DNA from: Bugula neritina
Taxonomy: Eukaryota; Animalia; Bryozoa
DNA length: 64,000 nucleotides
Direction: 5' to 3'
Assembly: GCA_964035545.1 (NCBI GenBank)
Contig: OZ037771.1
Location: 7,743,408 to 7,807,407 of the forward strand
The notes under the pieces were generated by a model. It was not told where the DNA came from. It did no database searches and was given only the letters and a program-made list of their open reading frames with translations. Numbering within the stretch: position 1 is the first letter of the stretch; the number at the start of each line of letters is the position of its first letter. The position numbers and the translations under genes were made by a program. Shown in pieces: positions 58,601 to 64,000 of the stretch.

Positions 58601-61600
58601 GCATAAGATTAAATGCTCTCACTCAAACTGAAACTGAGCTATAATGATGGGGAAACTAGAGTTGAGATATGCACGTCAGATACTGGTTGAGTTGTGGGGT
58701 CATGACCTCTATAATTCTTCTCTTACAGCAAGTAAGCTGACTCTAATGACCAGCCGTGCGAATGGAACCAATCAGAGAAGACCAGTTGAAGGTACACGAA
58801 AGCTGCAAATGATATCTTGAAATGAGCAACTTATGACGACAGCCACTACGTTTCATTGGTTGTGGAGTTTTGTATTCAATGTAACCCGACCTGGCGTCCA
58901 TTCAAACCACAGGAACATAGTGATAGGCAAGGAGTCGGTAAACCCAGAAGAGGAAATATCAGGGAATTCCAAGCCTGTTTTCACAACGAGTGTAGTTGAT
59001 AAACCATTTGAATATATACCACGTTGAGACGGTCTTGACTGCGTTAACTAGTAATACACTGAGACTAGTAATACACTGAGACTAGTAATACACTGAGACT
59101 AGTAATACACTGAGACTAGTAATACACTGAGACTAGTAATACACTGAGACTAGGAATACACTGAGACTAGGAATACACTGAGACTAGGAATACACTGAGA
59201 CTAGTAATAACCCATGGAGCAGGGCAGGGCGTTAAATAGCCTAAAAGCAGACAACCAATAAAAGACACAGATTTTTCACTGTAAGCTTCACTGTTGAAAG
59301 TATTTCATTCATAATTTTTCATCAGCTGCTATTAATTTAACCAGACCAGACCTATAAAAACTTTATTACATTACAGCAAGTAGTATGCAACCTCAAGTTA
59401 TTCAACCAATATTTTAAAATACAGCAGTTGCCCAGTAGACTTGTATAACAAGACAGGAGATGAGGCTCCACAATGCACTGAAAACAGTTTCAACAGGAAA
59501 ACTGATATATCTATGTATTTCCACCCCAAGTGTATTTTGTTTTTCTCTCTCATTACTTTAAAAAACAAGCAACTTTAAAACTACGCCAAAACTGCGTATG
59601 GTGTAGAGGTTTGCTATATTATTTAAGTTACAGATTTGAAGCCTGTGTGAGCACATCATTACAGGTGAATATGCAACAGGTTTGACCGACAAAAAAAACA
59701 CAACAGTTAGCCTTCATCCATAGGTGAGTAGGAGACAGTGTGAGTAGACAGAGGTGTTAGCACAGGTGAGATTCCATTAGCAGAGTGAAAGGTGTAAATG
59801 ACACTGTAACCTGAGAAGAGCCATTATACCATAGCCAGTAACAGTCTCGGTTTATTTGATAGATATTTTGTGCATGACTATTATGGCTGAGGAGAACCTT
59901 GAAGACATTAGGACAATAATGGTTTCCTAACAGCTGTTGGTAAAATGATAATTGAAAAAGTTGGTCGCTACTCATTTTTACAGCATAGCGTCTTGGCCTG
60001 GGAAACATATGGTATTGCATTAATTTTAGTTTGATACTGTAAGCATTCCCACATTGATGACATCCACTTTGCAAGTGAGGTGCTTAAAATTAAGTTAACT
60101 TAATTTTACTAGTTAAATTTAAATGAGAAATGGAAGCACCTGCTTTTCGTGGACTACTCTCCGTTTCTCACCAATATAGCTCAAGGAAATCCAAATATAG
60201 TGCTCACACCTCCACGAAATTTATACACAAATATTGTATAGTTAAGCGTGATTATGATTTATATAAATGCAGGAGTAGACAAGGCTGCAACAGAAGTTGT
60301 TGAATCCTGACATTTTTCGGTCAAAGTATTCTACATTGGTGAGTGACGGAATAAACTTTCAGAAATGACCTAAGCAGTGCTTGAGCCATTGCTTTCGCCC
60401 TATTAACACACACTGGTGTAACTGTTGTTGGGGCAGTTGAAATATGGAAACAATCAACATTGTATTGAAAAGGCTGGGAAGTGAGAACAAAAGTTTGAAC
60501 TGAAGCTTCCTATGCCCTCCGTGAACAATACATCTCAGGTCGGATAGCAAATTAGCTCAATATGTTGAGAGGTATGTTTTATTAGTAGAAGACAAACTGT
60601 TGATATTACAAGGCTGTATGCCCATACATAATTATGTGCTGTTGCTGCAACAGTATGTAATATAAGATAGGGTAGTGCAGTCCTTCGCTGTGAGAGTGAG
60701 TAGAAATGGAGATGAAATGCCTGCTGAGAGACCAAAGTCTGCTAATTTATAACTCACAGTGAATCTAAGAAGAACTGGAGCTCTGTAATTATTCGTTACT
60801 CACACTGAAAAATTATGGCACCAGAGAGCAGGGAAATGTTTATGCAACATACAATCAACTAAAACCTACCGTTACCAAAAAGCCAAGATTGAGACGGTCA
60901 TAACAGTGTGTGTATTTTTGAACAGGTTGGGTTTTTAACTTTAGGAGGAATTGAGGTTTGAAAGTTAACTCTCCCAGCAGATATTCACTAACTTTAGCTC
61001 ACTGTTAAAATTTGAGCTTTGGAAACGTCTGCAACTACTCTAGAATTAGTATAGCTTAGAACACAGGTGTACATTAATTTTTTACCCAGATGTTGCCAAA
61101 TACTATGACCTAACACGTACGAAAAAATTAACACCAAAGCACCTACTAGGAAGTTTTGGTACCGTGGCAGTTCATAATCAGCTTAAAGAATACCTTGGAT
61201 AACCAGCAACCACCATAGACATAGCGTCAGCTATATTATACATAACTGTCATATCATACAGTGACACATAACTGTCACATCATACAATGACACATAACTG
61301 TCATACCATACAGTGACACATAACTGTCATACCATACAGTAATTTACAGTTATATGATAGTGTCAAACACACCTGTCACATGAGAGTGTCGCATACCTGT
61401 CAAATGATAGAGTGTCACACACACATTTGTCACATGAGAGTTTCAAACACACCTGTCACATGATAGAGTGTCACACACACTTGTCACATGAGAGTTTGAA
61501 ACACACTTGTCACATGATGGCACACACACCTGCTCCATGATAGAGTGTCACACAAACACTTAATTTTACCTGTCACATGACGGACTGTGTCGCCTTTCAG

Positions 61601-61846
61601 ATGGATCTTAAGTTGTTCATTTGACATAACTGTGATAACATGCTCCTGTCGTTGGAGGGTGTGTTCAGGTTGATCAGGCTGGTGGGCAGCTCTTAGATGG
61701 CCATCTTCTGACTGGGTGTTAATGCTGCTTTCAGATGACATATGACTAGTTCTGCAGCTTTCAACTCCCACATCCGTGTGCTGATCAGATGGGGTACAGT
61801 CAGTGTAGCAATTTGAAGAGACAGTTGGAGAAGCTCTGTGGTCCAT
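46622..61846 (-). CDS. FNDC3A: Fibronectin type III domain-containing protein 3 (FNDC3A/B homologue), 19 coding exons
   Basis: N-terminal GPANVTMVSNSGPPTPLHIHAPQGHIVQQVYDE motif typical of FNDC3, tandem FN3 array (53615-46800), C-terminal TM YLVMAALLFVVGIVMAVVIPYLL*. Exons ~61846-61570, 57407-57187, 56599-56422, 54490-54371, 53842-53703, 53615-53404, 53192-53054, 52568-52384, 52239-51989, 51861-51728, 51643-51359, 51064-50915, 50770-50554, 50170-49940, 49448-49342, 48849-48638, 48171-48014, 47603-47463, 46975-46622. An invertebrate gene would be co-orthologous to A and B. Confidence 0.9.
47121..47410. mobile_element. MITE, piggyBac-like
   Basis: 23-bp TIR CCCCCTAGACACA[C/G]TTTGCCGTA with one mismatch; TTAA on the right flank, left flank CTCA. 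Confidence 0.8.
48948..49170 (+). mobile_element. tRNA-Thr-derived SINE, full length
   Basis: Best-preserved head (GGTTCGAACCC); TSD aaataaaata on both sides. Confidence 0.88.
52924..53023. repeat. ~22-bp tandem (ATCTATATAGCATCTACAGAA) x~4.5
   Basis: Direct. Confidence 0.88.
57918..58008. repeat. 38-bp tandem duplication x~2.4
   Basis: acagtgatgtacagcacttacactagtgtaggttactc at 57931 and 57969. Confidence 0.88.
59048..59208. repeat. 17-bp minisatellite (CTAGTAATACACTGAGA) x~9.5
   Basis: Direct; three adjacent units share a T>G variant. Confidence 0.95.
61238..61582. repeat. Compound tandem arrays (25-bp ACATAACTGTCAT… and ~27-29-bp ACCTGTCACATGA…) next to an FNDC3 donor
   Basis: Direct. 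Confidence 0.85.
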
Positions 61847-63023
61847 AGTGGCTTCTTCTAGCATACAACAAGTAGGAATGTTAAGTAGGAATAGGAATTT
61901 GAATGTTTGAGAAGAAAAAATATGTTAATCCTTATCATAAATTAGGTTTGAGTGCCAATCAATTAGAAAATTTAATGGGTCTCAAGAAATGCAAGGCAGT
62001 TAAAAGCAGTAATTCTGTATTTACATAAATTGGATCATAATCTTTAGTCTAGGAGAACTGTAGCAAATGTTACTGTTGATTACTGAGAAATAACAACCTA
62101 GCCACTGGATGCAAGGCCTAAAGTCCTAAACACAACCATAGTTAAACAAAGTTTCTAGTTAAATTAATACCATTGACTTATTGAAACAATTGATGGAGCA
62201 GACAACTCCGAAATTCTAGAAAACTGCTTCAATATAAAGCTGATGGCATGTATTATCGAAGCTGGAGTAGTGAAATATGAACAATGTACAAGTAGACGCT
62301 ATTTTTATATAATACTATTAATGCCTTTAGCTGTTTATGTGATACTGTACAAAAATGAATTGATTGAAAGTGATTTGCAAATGGCCTGATATGTAACATA
62401 GGTAAACAATATTAGACACAAACTAAAAATTAATACCCCACATAAAATATAATTACAAAGAAAAAATGAATTTGCAGTTTGAACTAATTATTTTAAATTC
62501 AAACCTGAGCTATTACTGACAAAGTAAACGATGGCTGATGATTTTATTTATAAAAACACACCTTGTGACAAAGCTGGGTGAGATTATACAAACCAAAGTA
62601 CTTGCTGACTTGAGTACTTGAAATTTATCTAACTCAAGTCAGTTTGTTAAAATTATTCCAATTGTTCAAAATTGTTTGATTTAGTTCTCAGCATTCATAG
62701 CAACAGGTTGAGATAATTTTTGAAAAATTAAACTCAGTGTTTATTAGAATTCACTCAGAGTTAATTAAGTAATTGACCATAAACTCCAGACAATTAGGGA
62801 ATTAATGGTGATTATGGTCAGAAGAAAAGTTTAGCTACAGTTAATTTCAATATTATTGATTATAGATAAAATTAGCATGAAATTAGTTCAAACATAAACT
62901 TATCTTTTATTAGTCTGCTAAATGTTTACCTGTATCAAGTGGTTTTTAAATTGCTTGTAACTGATAATAAAAACCAATCATGAAAGTAATGATTACAGAA
63001 TATGTTTCCAATATACTATATAC

Positions 63024-63205
63024 CAGGGTTGGGGTAATTGTAATTTGTAATTGTAATTGGCTGTAATTAATTACATTTTTTCAAGTAATTGAATGTAATT
63101 TGTAATTGAGGTTTAAAAATGTAATTGTAATTGTAATTGTAATTAATTACATATCTAATGTAATTGTTTTTTACAATTACTTTATAATTACATGTCAATT
63201 ACTTC
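63024..63205 (+). repeat. (GTAATT)n array following a CAGGGTTGGG hAT-like terminus
   Basis: Direct and inverted GTAATT/AATTAC units. Confidence 0.65.
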
Positions 63206-63292
63206 AAACTTTTAAATCTTAAAAAACTCCTTCTTTTTCTACAATGCCTACTGTTAAATAACAAGTTCAGATAGTTAGGTCAATATAGTAGG

Positions 63293-63928
63293 GTCATTCC
63301 ATGCCAGCTCACCGAATTGCCCGCGTCTATTTGCGTCTCAGATTCTGTTCATGTTTACACCAAATAGACCTACACATGCCTCAAGTATTCTTCTTCAGTA
63401 TTTCTGACCTGACACAAATTTTTTTGAAAACTGACTACTTTTGTGGACAAAGGTTGAGAAACATTTTGAGGAAAATTTGTGATTTCTTCTTTTAGACTAA
63501 TCTATAAATGTCTATATCTCAATCATTTTTCTAGACTGAGCCTAAAAAATTTGCTCTGTGATTTGATAATACCTATCAATTTGCACTAGTAGCAACACAT
63601 ATTACAGAATACTTTGTGTGCATATATGCAAAGTCATTGAATATGAACAAATCTTTGTAAATTTTGAAAAATTTCAAATACTCGCCTAATCAAATTTTAA
63701 ATTACTTATAAATTGGTCTAAAAGTATAAATCACAAATTTTCCTCAAAATATTTTCCAACCTTTGTTCACCAAAGTAGTAATTTCTTAAAATGTTTTTGT
63801 GTCAGGCCAGAAATATTCACGAATGGTAATCTGAACATGTGTAGGTCCATTTAGTGTAAATATGAGCAAAATCTGAGACACAAAGACGTGGGACCCCTTG
63901 AAAGTTGGTTGATTTGGTATGGAATGAC
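63293..63928. mobile_element. MITE with long imperfect inverted arms
   Basis: Termini GTCATTCCAT[G/A]CCA; arms ~63293-63490 and ~63727-63928 are reverse complements (attttgaggaaaatttgtgattt / aaatcacaaattttcctcaaaat; gacctacacatg / catgtgtaggtc). Confidence 0.8.
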
Positions 63929-64000
63929 ATAATAGTATCACCGTGGAAAACAAAAGAGGTTCACCACTGTCAACACTGCCCCTGGTAGTTGGACCCTAGA

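Noticed and set aside
58150-60800. Coding-like composition in FNDC3 intron 1 (possible decayed transposase or LINE)
   Set aside because: All frames examined are stop-ridden and no RT/DDE motif is recognisable; needs tblastx.

Overview
AT-rich eukaryotic (invertebrate metazoan) genomic DNA; most entries in the ORF track are exon fragments or repeat artefacts. Three intron-rich genes lie head-to-tail on the minus strand. (1) An FNDC3A/B homologue (~61846->46622) with a Pro/Gln/His-rich N-terminus, a tandem FN3 array and a C-terminal tail anchor. (2) A CNBD2-like cyclic-nucleotide-binding protein (>=44217->32710) whose second CNB domain is split by a ~350 aa insertion and which appears to use one GC-AG intron. 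(3) A ~31 kb, ~45-exon type-I membrane mosaic protein (31640->691) with LamG-like, F5/8-fucolectin-like, FN3, C-type-lectin-like, TSP1 and multiple sushi/CCP modules, the juxtamembrane module typical of R3 receptor tyrosine phosphatases, a TM helix, and a tail with NO phosphatase domain but a (L-x-S)n repeat. Introns carry 7 copies of a tRNA-Thr-derived SINE (three with TSDs, one inverted pair), a hAT MITE with a perfect 8-bp TSD, a piggyBac-like MITE, foldback elements and many mini/microsatellites, several abutting splice sites. The most notable non-coding signal is an intronic ~44-nt inverted copy of a CNBD coding exon. Exon boundaries were read by eye and are approximate where stated; no CRISPR, rRNA or intact tRNA gene was found.
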